From positions 7,737,650 through 7,801,649 of the forward strand of contig CAJINV010000002.1 of NCBI GenBank assembly GCA_905178155.1: 64,000 bases of DNA. Reading direction: 5' to 3'. This DNA comes from Amoebophrya sp. A120 (Eukaryota; Protista; Dinoflagellata). Below the pieces are notes generated by a model. The model was not told the DNA's origin. It saw only the letters and a list, made by a program, of their open reading frames with translations, and searched no databases. Below are positions 20,690-30,284 of the stretch, one piece after another. The position numbers and the translations under genes are program-made. Numbering within the stretch: position 1 is the stretch's first letter; the number at the start of each line of letters is the position of its first letter.

Positions 20690-21960
20690 TCGCAGCGAGC
20701 CTTGCTAGTCCGTCACCGAAGTTTGCGGCACGCAACAAGCCCGCCGCCGGTACTAAGGCGTAGACTGACAACGAAAAGGAGAGGCAACGAACCAACCGCG
20801 CACCCCCGGCCCTCGCCCCAGCCAAGAAAAAAGCGGTCGGCGCGGGGCTGCCTGGGGCCGATTTGTGGCGGGCCGGCGTTGCTTTGGCTGGCCGAGCCCA
20901 TTCATTGGGGCGCCGGGCCGCCAAGGTAAGAAGGCGGGCCGGCGCGCGGGGCGGGCAGGAAGACCGGCCGGCCTGGGTCCCTCCACCCAGAGTAAAGGGG
21001 GCCCTGCCTGGAAACCGCGCGCGGGCCCACCTGGGAAACAGGGCGCCGGGCGAGTCTCGCCGGCCGCGCGCGCCACCGGCCCCACCCTTTCGGCAACAAG
21101 GCTCCCGGGGCCTTGGCGCCGCGATTGCGGGGAGAACGAAGGCAGGAGGGCGCACCCGCAGAAACAAATGGCGGCGCTGATGCGAGAGACGGGCCCCTCC
21201 GGTCCTCATATCTCTGCCGCTTCCGCCGGCGCGCCTCGGTCGTGTTCGAGCGGCAACGCGATGGCCACCTCCGGCCCCGCTTCATCCTCGCGCGCCCTTC
21301 TGTCCGAGGGGCCGCCGAGGTAGGGCCGCCTGCGGCCTTCCAAGGGGGCCAGGACCTGTAGGAGCGGTAGGGCGCCGCCGGCCCCGGGGCGGTGCGCCGC
21401 GCGGGGCCGGCCCGGCCCGGCCCATCGCAGAAGGGCGCGCGCGCCGCGCGCAACCAATGTTCCAGCCCTACGGCGCCAGCAGGGGGGCCGGGCCCGCGGG
21501 CCCGCCCACACTTGCCAGCAGCAGCGGAGCGGGGGGATTCGGGCGGGCCCGCCTGGAGCTCTCGGGCTGGGCCCTGCCCGATTTCTTGTTTCCTGCCCTC
21601 CCCATCCCCGCTAGAGTCGCAAATGCCCCGCGCGCCCTGCCCCCTCGCTTTCCTGGAAGCTCCCGCGGTCTTGTTTGATCTGCATCGGCAACCAGATCAC
21701 GCGCCGCATATCAGGCGGGCACTCCGCTCCCGGCGTCCGCGCCGGGCCGCTCTATCGCGTCGGCTAAATAGATCACCAAGAGGGGGGGCAGGCGTGGGCC
21801 CGGCCCCGGCCTCGCCAACACCACGGCGCCGCGCGCGTCCAGGATCTGGCCCGGCTCAAAATCTGGCAGGCGAACTCGAGGCGCGCCCCCCTTGGCTACA
21901 GGCTCTGCATCGGGGCGGGGTGCGAAGCGTTTTCGAACCACCATCGACGTCCGCCATCCA
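20690..21960. other. Very GC-rich island, probably a degenerate repeat or mobile-element remnant
   Basis: Individual 60-nt lines counted at about 77-93% GC against roughly 50% in the flanks. Many overlapping Arg/Gly/Pro/Ala ORFs, none with recognisable motifs. Confidence 0.5.
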
Positions 21961-22662
21961 CTACCCTGCTGCGCTCCTTCGTGCAGACCCGACTACCTCC
22001 AGACAAGTCTGGAAGGCAAACTGAGCCTGGGGGAACGGGAAGCAAGAGCAACGCATAACAATAAGCGAATAAGTTTAAGTACTATTCTCATTGCGCATGA
22101 AGGCTGTGGAGAACACAATTCGCCAGAAAATCGTTCGGAAGTGCCCTTCTAAAACTGCTTGTTCACCAGTTTTTTTACAGCAATGGCACAGACATTGAAG
22201 ACTCGGTCGATGGTACTCACTTAGCTAATCGGTGGCAACGGTAGACGCTGCTCGTCTGCACTGTCGTTTCATTGCTATGTGTCGCATCACGGCAGAAAAT
22301 TGTTGATCACGAGGTGGACCTCAACCACATCGTCGGTCATCATCTTCACCAAGGCGACGGCGGTCGTTTGATAAATGAAATATGCGGGTGCGAAAAAGTC
22401 TGGTCATTAAATTATTCATGAAGTGGAGATGATCTAGATGATGCTACTCCTCCTAGCCAAAAAAACAACGTATGTTACTGGCGCTCAATGTGTCGCGGTA
22501 GATGTAGATGTCAATAAAAATGATAGAGGTAGGGCGACGGGCCCAGCGCACGTGTGGAAAGTAAAAAACGGAACATGTGGGAAAAAACAGAAATTTTTCT
22601 ACCATCTTGCTCAATGTCAATGAACAATAGCGCTAACTTGGCGCAGCTTCCTCGTCGATCTA

Positions 22663-25600
22663 TCACCCCAGGAACAACACCAGGCAGATGAAGAAGAACA
22701 GCAGTTCTAGACTCCGCGGGTTCTGGTCGTAATAAAACGCTTGCTTGACCCTTCCCAGAAGCTCGTCAAACGCTTTTGTTCCCTGCAACGATGGTGCAAG
22801 AATCAGGCCCCGTTGCGGTTTTGTCTTGTCGTCTTGCTCGCGAAGCGCGTCTGATTCATCGGCGTCATCGAAGACTGAAGACGATTCTTTATCCGGAGGT
22901 TTTTCTTTTCCGCCGAGGCCACCGTCGCTATCAAGTACTGGTCCCGTGAAAATAGAGGGCGTACGGACATCGTCGCCTATGTCCCACAGGCCATCTTCGC
23001 TTCGCGCAAGATAGGAGCCGTTCGCTCCCGCCCGACTGCTTCGCCTTGCGACGCAAACATTCTGCTCGAGCCACAAACGTGTCTGATCGATAAAATCAGC
23101 ACGCCCGAGCTTCGTCAGTACGGACTGCGGCAGACCTGCATCTTCGCCACTTTTCAGGTCGTTCTTTTTCTCTTCGTTCTTTGCGTTCTCTTCTGGGCCG
23201 TTCTGGAGGAGTCCGTCGCTCTTGTTCCCAAATGCCGCGGGGTCGCTCTCATTTCTATCTGCATTCTCCACCAGTACGGCGATTTTTTCCAGTTCCTTTA
23301 GCATCGCCTTGTTATTGTAGAACCCCTCTTGTTGAACACGAAACCCGGGGTAGTCGCAGCACCGCGTGTTTCCGTACAAATGGCTGGGATCTTTTGCCAA
23401 GCTGTCTTCGATCGCCACACAGGTGTTGCGGCAGACCGAGTCGGCGAAGAGGAACGACAAAGTCGCGATCAGTCCGAATCCCGGCGTGGTTGACGTGTTT
23501 TGCGTGATCTGGAACGTGGTCGTGACTGTTGATGAACGCGGTGCGGCGCGCAGTCGTGGGGTAGGACGAGGAGGGGATGAAGACGTATCTGCCTCAGGGT
23601 GTTTGTTCATCTCTCGGGCGAGCACAGGCAACATCATGCTCGGTCGTCGATCGGAGGATCTCTCGTCTTGACGCGGTGAGGAAGAGGATGATCTCGGCCG
23701 ATCTTTTTCCCGGTTAATATTTCTGTCGCCGTACCCGATGGAAAAATGATTTGGAAGTGGCACCTGCTCTGGTGCTCGTGACGACGAAGAAGGAGAAGAA
23801 TCCACGGCGGCTGCAGCTTGTCCTCCGTCTAGTATTTCTTCACGTCTTGTTCGGTGCCCGTCCTCATCCGGTGGCTCAGCCGCGCGTGCGGCAAGCAGAC
23901 TGGTGTTTTGCTCCTCCTGCTCGGAGTGTGCTAAATGGTTATGGTCGGTCTGCTCAACAACAAAGCGATCTCGATGCACCGAAGCCGAGCTTCCGCGCAA
24001 GGACGGTCGTCTTGACATGACGTTGCTGGTATTCGTGAAGAGACCGGCATCCTTTGATCCAGAAGTTCCGACATGGTCATTATGATTGGTTTGCTGTGGC
24101 GTCATCGTGGTCACGCTATCCGCGACAGAGAGTTGCTCTGGGCGGTTGTGGGCGCTACTAGAACGTTCCCGCTCTTCATCTACTGCACACAGAAGTCTAC
24201 GTCTCCTGTTCACCAAAATCGTCAGCCTCCTCTGCAACGCCTTGACCTGCTCTTGCAAGTGCAGGTATTTCAGCGCAAACAGCACCTGTCCCGAGTAGAG
24301 CAGCAACGCGATCACGTGCCGCAGCAAATGCAGCCAAACGTCGTGCCCCCCGTGAAAACTAAACGCCGGTATGAGCTCGAAAAAGAAGTGCCTGAAGAAA
24401 AGCAAGACGAAACTCGTGACCAGCAGCACCATGCGGAAGGGAAGAGTGTGGTTCGAGATAGGCTGGAGATCATCATGATCATGTTGTAGTCGTGCCGTCA
24501 CTGGAACGGGATGACAAGAAGATGGGCGGTTGAATATCTCAGCCTCGTGTTCTTGGTACACTGTGCGATGAGGAAGATCGAGATAATCATCTTGACGCGA
24601 CGAGTTTATGATCTTCGCCGAGGCGGGGGTCGTCGGCTGCTCGAGGGTCTGGTTTTCTCGCCTAATCATGTGCGAGCCTGAAGGTGACCTGCTTGCGGCT
24701 GTGGGAACACTTTCCATTTGTCGTGTCAGTGTTGCAGGGAGAGAAAGGTTGTTGACGGCTCCTGTCGGAGCAGCTGCCTGGTGATGTCGAAGATCGCCGC
24801 TCAGCGCTGCATCTTGTTCTCCCAAACATGACGCTTCCCGGCGCACTGGAGTTTTATTTGCGGAACGTGGTGATGTCCGCACTGCGGGCTGACCGGCTCC
24901 TATTTGTTGCTCATCCGTTGCGGATGAAGAGAACAACCTCGGCCTTGGCGTTCCATCCTCTGCAGCAAAGTGCTGGTGACCCTGATCCACTTCCACCCGC
25001 TCCTCTTCTTTTCGCACTATGCTGATTCTGCTCTTCCCGTACTTTTTAACACAACTTGCTCCATGTCCGCTACGATGGCACGCGGTGGTTCCACATGCCA
25101 CGCTGCAGAAAAAGAACGTGGCGAGGCCGCCACGCAAGAAGAAGGACACACACAGGTCGTACATCTGCGAGAAACCGACGCTGGGGCGAATTTGGTGGCT
25201 TTCGGTCACTAACAGCTCAAAGTCCAGGTTAAAAAAGCCGCGGGGGAGGGGAAAGGTGCCCGCGGGGCTGTAGAGACCGACCATGGTAAGGTAGAGGGTT
25301 GTCAGAGTGAAGAAACTCACTGCAACTAAAAGTTTGGGGTTTCGTCTTTCCTCGTCCTCGATGGTGATCAGAACTTTGTCTTCCTTACGAGCAATCGTGC
25401 CTGTCTCAGGTGGACGTGCATGTTGAGTGTGGCTGCCGTCATCTCGCGGTTGAAAATGGCCGCACTGTTCTTCCTGCTCCTCCTTGTCGCGGTGGTATTC
25501 GTGAGGTTTGGATGACGAAAAAGTATCAAGCCCGGAACTTGCACTTCTCCTCAGCTTTTCGTCCCGCGCAATCTGTAGCTCTACTCCCGGTGCGGCCCCT

Positions 25601-27300
25601 CGCAAATAGGTCAAGAACGCGGCGCTGTGGAGGAAAGCCAGAAAGCCGGCGAACAGGAAGCCGCAACACCAGAGAATCACTACGACTGCTTTCGTGCAAA
25701 AACACCAAAACACCTCCTGCTGCTGCTGGAGGAGGACCTGGGATGAGATCCGACGGGTCAAAGTCGGCTGTTCCTGTAGTTGCGCAGCCCCGTTACTAGT
25801 TGCTGCCGTTCTCGTCAAATCGGCGAAGAAGCCGTAGTAGGGTCTTGTCAGGTCCGGATGCGAAAAGGAGACCCAGGAGACCAATACCCCGCGGAAAAAA
25901 CACAGGTCGCAGATCGCCGAGAGGATCAAAATAGTGATCACCGCTCGGGACATCAAGCTGTCGCGCTTCAGGTAGACGAATTCTGCGGCAGCTCCTCCTC
26001 CTGTTGCACCTTGGTTCGCTCCGTCCGGCTGGAAACCGTCAGTCACAGAAGCTGTAGCACCCCCGCGCTGCAGAACTTTGCGCAGGAACACGTATTGCAG
26101 CCACAGGAAGTAGCTGGAAAAAAGAAACAGCAGGCAGAACAGAAAAATTACCTCGGCGCCGAATGTTGACCCAGGCACGACGGCAGGAGGGGGTGGAGAA
26201 TATGCAGCTGTAGTCGCCGTCGTTTTTGCTGCCGCAAAAGCGATGACGCAGTACCCGATCTGGGTCGCAAGGGAGCACGAGGCTCCGATGGTGTACAAGA
26301 CAGGCAACGGGGTCAATGCACACGCTGCAGGACACGATATTGCTGTTTTACTAGCGCCAAATGTTCGCGCTGCTGCTTGTCCGTCGATGTCGGAGTTAGA
26401 TGAGCTAGGGGACATCAGCCGAACTGAACCCTGACTGTCGACACCAGAACCCACAGGATGTTCATCTTCGGCGGTCACGGCAGGAGCCGCGTTGTTAGGC
26501 GTTTTTAAATGGTATCTAGTTGATGCTGTCATCATGTTGGCTTGCTCCGCCAGTTCGCGTTTCCTTTTATTCGATTCTGCAGGGCGAACCACCACCATTG
26601 CACTTCTGCAGAGCCAGAATACCGAGTAGACCCCGCAAACCTGCTTCGCAAGGTAAAACAATAGAAATTCCAGCGTGAGTGGGATAAACGTGACCTCGCC
26701 GGAGAGGTCGCGCACCGTAAGTACGTTGTTCGTTTCCCCCCAAAGCAGGGTCCAAATCACGAGGACGAGCGGGAAACACAGAAGCAAAAACAGGCTCCAA
26801 AGCCACTTGCAAAAATCCGAGCAGGACTTGCGCTTCCCGCTTGATATTGCAGCGGTGGTAGGACCACGAGGTGGGGCAAGAAGGTGGTGCTCTTGCTGCC
26901 TATTGCTGTTGCTCTGTCGCGCCGCCCCAACGGTGTTGTAGGTGCCCTGTGTGCTGCGAGCTGCCGCATCTTCCGGTGCGACCGCTGCGCCCGAAGCCAG
27001 CGGAGCTGGTCCGGAGCGCTGCGCGTGTCCCTCTCCCTGCTGCGCACTAGCATTACGGCGGTTGAAAAAGCAAGGAAAGAGTGTTCGCAACACGCCCGCG
27101 GTTGTCCACGTGGTTTTCCTGTCGAAAGGATCCACAAGAGGACGCACCACGCTTCGTGTTCTGCGTGCACAACTACTGCAATATGCCAGGACGGTCGCGA
27201 AAAAACGGGTGGTCGCGGGCTGCCGCTGCCGCTCGGCTTGTTCATCAGCCGCCATGCCAAATAACTTTTCCGTCCCTGCTTTCATCTTGGCGTGACACAA
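22663..27300 (-). CDS. Large polytopic membrane protein, at least 1545 aa; may continue in further exons below 22663
   Basis: Uninterrupted 4.6-kb ORF with more than 10 hydrophobic segments separated by low-complexity loops. It ends inside a hydrophobic helix at a GT. Confidence 0.75.
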   Translation of the reverse strand: MCHAKMKAGTEKLFGMAADEQAERQRQPATTRFFATVLAYCSSCARRTRSVVRPLVDPFDRKTTWTTAGVLRTLFPCFFNRRNASAQQGEGHAQRSGPAPLASGAAVAPEDAAARSTQGTYNTVGAARQSNSNRQQEHHLLAPPRGPTTAAISSGKRKSCSDFCKWLWSLFLLLCFPLVLVIWTLLWGETNNVLTVRDLSGEVTFIPLTLEFLLFYLAKQVCGVYSVFWLCRSAMVVVRPAESNKRKRELAEQANMMTASTRYHLKTPNNAAPAVTAEDEHPVGSGVDSQGSVRLMSPSSSNSDIDGQAAARTFGASKTAISCPAACALTPLPVLYTIGASCSLATQIGYCVIAFAAAKTTATTAAYSPPPPAVVPGSTFGAEVIFLFCLLFLFSSYFLWLQYVFLRKVLQRGGATASVTDGFQPDGANQGATGGGAAAEFVYLKRDSLMSRAVITILILSAICDLCFFRGVLVSWVSFSHPDLTRPYYGFFADLTRTAATSNGAAQLQEQPTLTRRISSQVLLQQQQEVFWCFCTKAVVVILWCCGFLFAGFLAFLHSAAFLTYLRGAAPGVELQIARDEKLRRSASSGLDTFSSSKPHEYHRDKEEQEEQCGHFQPRDDGSHTQHARPPETGTIARKEDKVLITIEDEERRNPKLLVAVSFFTLTTLYLTMVGLYSPAGTFPLPRGFFNLDFELLVTESHQIRPSVGFSQMYDLCVSFFLRGGLATFFFCSVACGTTACHRSGHGASCVKKYGKSRISIVRKEEERVEVDQGHQHFAAEDGTPRPRLFSSSATDEQQIGAGQPAVRTSPRSANKTPVRREASCLGEQDAALSGDLRHHQAAAPTGAVNNLSLPATLTRQMESVPTAASRSPSGSHMIRRENQTLEQPTTPASAKIINSSRQDDYLDLPHRTVYQEHEAEIFNRPSSCHPVPVTARLQHDHDDLQPISNHTLPFRMVLLVTSFVLLFFRHFFFELIPAFSFHGGHDVWLHLLRHVIALLLYSGQVLFALKYLHLQEQVKALQRRLTILVNRRRRLLCAVDEERERSSSAHNRPEQLSVADSVTTMTPQQTNHNDHVGTSGSKDAGLFTNTSNVMSRRPSLRGSSASVHRDRFVVEQTDHNHLAHSEQEEQNTSLLAARAAEPPDEDGHRTRREEILDGGQAAAAVDSSPSSSSRAPEQVPLPNHFSIGYGDRNINREKDRPRSSSSSPRQDERSSDRRPSMMLPVLAREMNKHPEADTSSSPPRPTPRLRAAPRSSTVTTTFQITQNTSTTPGFGLIATLSFLFADSVCRNTCVAIEDSLAKDPSHLYGNTRCCDYPGFRVQQEGFYNNKAMLKELEKIAVLVENADRNESDPAAFGNKSDGLLQNGPEENAKNEEKKNDLKSGEDAGLPQSVLTKLGRADFIDQTRLWLEQNVCVARRSSRAGANGSYLARSEDGLWDIGDDVRTPSIFTGPVLDSDGGLGGKEKPPDKESSSVFDDADESDALREQDDKTKPQRGLILAPSLQGTKAFDELLGRVKQAFYYDQNPRSLELLFFFICLVLFLG

Positions 27301-28589
27301 GTCGGGTGTTGATCGCCGGTTTGATCAAACATCTTCATCATGGTCATCGATGTTTCCATGATCACACCTGATTTGATGCGCCAGCTATGCCGAATTCGTG
27401 TGATTGTTATTGGTGGTACTTACAAGCGGTCGACTAGAAGATATTCACACGTACTACCTTTTTAGTAAATCTAATACGTCAACTCGACTAGGACATCAGG
27501 CTGCTAAACACAAATAGAAATAATTCCGGATACGGATTTGAAACAATAAATCATGAGCCTAGTACTGATATATCTAGCGGAAGTCCGGAAAAAAGGCTCG
27601 CGTGCGCAAGCTCCTAGCAACCCACACCAGCGGTCGCAACTGGAGGAATAGGAAACAAAACCCTAGCGATATCCATGATCAAGACAACAACAATAACAAT
27701 ATATCCAGTTTTTATTGCAGCTTTCTTGAGCGCCTTGCTTCGACAGGATCCCAGCAAAATTTTTCATCCCTGTGTGTGCGGCTTCGGCCTATTGGAAAAA
27801 TATCTTTTCTTCGCGATCCGGCTACTGTGAGATCTACTTGAGAGGTCAGGTTCTTCTTGCGCCGTGAACGCAGGTACAGATGCAGAGACGGATCGCTATC
27901 TTTCGCATCATCACGGAAAGATACATGGCAGAAACTTGAAGTCTCATAGCGGAAGGCAACAGACTGACCGCGTGGATTTCGCAACCAACAACAACAGATA
28001 ACTTTTGGCTGGTTCCAGAGAGACGCTACAGGGGCAGAGGCAAGGATTACAGGCTCTGGCTTTTTGGTGGCCCGGACCAATTATACGCGGTGATGAGCAG
28101 CCTAAACCCATACAAGCAGGTGGCTTGCCAAGTGATTCTTTTCCTTCAAGTTCAAGATTTCCATTTCGCACGCACTGTTCGTTTTGCCTCGAGTTCTGAA
28201 ACATTTGTCAAGGTGTGTAAATTGTCAAGAAACAAGTCTGTGCTTGCTGGGCGCGTCAAAAACTTTGTCAGCATTTCTTCGAAACCTTTAAGCGCGTTTG
28301 TTAAGACCCACTTCGCTTTGTGAAATTGCGAGGTAAATCTGTAGGGTCCACCAGAAGTTTAGTACCCGGCTGTTGTAATGTAACTCCAGTAGGAGCTAGT
28401 ACTAGAGCGACGTTCGATTTTACAAGTGAGAGGGCAATTCTCGCCGTCCTCTTTTTGGTTACGACGAAGTACGGTACCTAGCAATAACAAAAACGTCAAG
28501 AACTTTTTGTTTTTCACAACTTTGGAGTCGGTGACTGGAGGTTAACACACAGACACACGACCATTCCAGAACTGTATACTCGACAAGAA

Positions 28590-28909
28590 TGAAACAGAAA
28601 ACCGACAGGGTTCTGTGACTGTGGATCGTGCAACGCATGAGAACACCAGGAAGATCACCAGCGACAGACTGCTACGCAGTCTCAGGAAAAAAGGTTCATC
28701 GTACTAGCAGAAAAGGCAACAAGCACAAGGCTTGAGCCAAACACAGGCAGCATTAGTTCATGTAGTCTCATCCGGATGAATAGGTATTGTATTAGCTAGA
28801 CCCAGTTAACGAGTACGACCCTAGGTAGACGAGTTAACTATCTCCTTAGCTTTCTTACGAGCACAAGCAACCACACGTCACGAACCGAAATTCCCTTGTG
28901 GAGTTAACA
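28590..28909 (-). repeat. 3' LTR
   Basis: Identical to 43739-44058 except g28903 versus a44052. Confidence 0.97.
28731..28741 (-). promoter_or_regulatory. DinoSL 3' core TTTGGCTCAAG in the 3' LTR
   Basis: Plus-strand cttgagccaaa equals the last 11 nt of the dinoflagellate spliced leader DCCGTAGCCATTTTGGCTCAAG, in element sense. Confidence 0.75.
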
Positions 28910-28910
28910 G

Positions 28911-28917
28911 TTCCCCC
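28911..28917 (-). promoter_or_regulatory. Short polypurine tract (GGGGGAA)
   Basis: Lies 1 nt upstream of the 3' LTR on the element sense strand. Confidence 0.6.
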
Positions 28918-29048
28918 GGGTTGTGGAATTGCTTGTGCTCCGCCTTTGAGACTACCATTGTTTTTCTAATCTCAGTTATCTATATTTCAGTATTGTGTCG
29001 TTTATCCTTCCTTGTTTTTCTCCTCCGCTCGTCTCCGTATCGTTCTGT

Positions 29049-29732
29049 TCACTCGTCCAGTATGACGAAGGGCTCGCTCTCCATGTCAACTGCACCCGCC
29101 GCGTATTGTGCGCACGCGGGGTAGTCCTGCATGTTCTTCAGCTCACGGCGATCCTTTGCGGTGGCGTAGTAGACGAAGAAGCGCTGTAACTCAAGCAGCG
29201 TCAACTCTTCTTCGCACAGCTGCATCCTGATGTAGTTGCGCCCGCCGCTCGGACACAAGAGCTGCATGTGGTGGACCACTTTGGCACACTGCTTGGCGAA
29301 ACCGGCGTAGCTGTGCGACGGATCCAACGTGGCGTCCGCGATCAGTGCCCACAGCTCCGGCTGATCCATCCGCAACAGCCCACAGTATCCCAGCATCGTG
29401 CCGCTCAGCTCTTCGTACGCCGCGCTCTTTTGGTAGCGTCCCATCGGCAAGAAGATCTTCATTTGATACTGGTACTCCAATTCAAACGTCGGGATGCAGA
29501 GCAGGCGGGGCAGGTACCGGAACGCGAGACTGTTGCACACCGAGAACCAGGTCCGGGGAATCACCAAAGGAACGGGACCGGAAACACGTTTCCCGTCGAT
29601 GCAGCTCAACACCAGATACAGCTTCTTTCGCCGGCGCTCCATAAGCTTCTTGCAGTCCGACGCGTGGGTGTGGGGAAAGAGACCACACTTCGGGTACTCC
29701 TTCTTCTCGGTAAAAGGATTCCGTCCTGCCAT
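29049..29732 (-). CDS. Accessory ORF-C (227 aa) between pol and the 3' LTR, unknown function
   Basis: ATG at 29732 (MAGRNPFTEKKEYPKC...). Strong GC3 bias. Globular composition with no TM segment or signal peptide. Confidence 0.75.
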   Translation of the reverse strand: MAGRNPFTEKKEYPKCGLFPHTHASDCKKLMERRRKKLYLVLSCIDGKRVSGPVPLVIPRTWFSVCNSLAFRYLPRLLCIPTFELEYQYQMKIFLPMGRYQKSAAYEELSGTMLGYCGLLRMDQPELWALIADATLDPSHSYAGFAKQCAKVVHHMQLLCPSGGRNYIRMQLCEEELTLLELQRFFVYYATAKDRRELKNMQDYPACAQYAAGAVDMESEPFVILDE

Positions 29733-30284
29733 CGTGCTTTCTGTTCGTACTTCCAAATCCAAGTTCGTTCGCGTACTGTCTTCTTGGCTTTACACGGCGG
29801 TGCTACTACACCTCACTTTACAAAAACCAAAAAAGAAATCAGAAAATAGGAAAATTACTGTGGCTGTCTAGGTTTAACTTTTTCTAACGCGTCTGTCGGT
29901 AGAGCTTTTGGTTGTGACTTACAAAATTTTAGTTCGTTCTTACGGTGGGTCGTACTTCTCTCTGAAACATCATCCGCTGTGAAAATGGATTGATGAGTAA
30001 AATGATGTCAAAACAGGCCAGAAAGCTTTCGATGATTGAATTCAAAAACACAAAAATTTCAAGACTCATTACTCTCTTTTGTTGTGTCGTTTTCCTGTAA
30101 ATCTACCGGATCTGGGTCGTTTATTTCGTGCGAACTTTTTGTTTGATTTGTAGTGGTGAATCGTACAAGATTGCTGATGAAGATCTCTTTTTCTTTTAGA
30201 CTTTTCTTTGTTGAGGTTATTCATTTTACACTGTCATTCTCTGAAACTTAAACTAAAATCATACATAGAAAACAAGAAAACGGA

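Noticed and set aside
20532-22024. Overlapping Arg/Gly/Pro-rich ORFs as genes
   Set aside because: Stop-codon scarcity from extreme GC content explains them.
27600-28500. Short ORFs in this spacer (also 1500-2500 and 63000-64000)
   Set aside because: No codon bias or motifs, so they were treated as intergenic/UTR.
28537-28547. ggaggttaaca just outside the element, resembling the LTR terminus ggagttaaca
   Set aside because: Too short, with no further LTR similarity, so it cannot be called a solo LTR.
28585-28589. 5-bp TSD AAGAA
   Set aside because: It would need the terminal A of the right LTR. LTR-LTR alignment fixes the ends at TG...CA, leaving AGAA.
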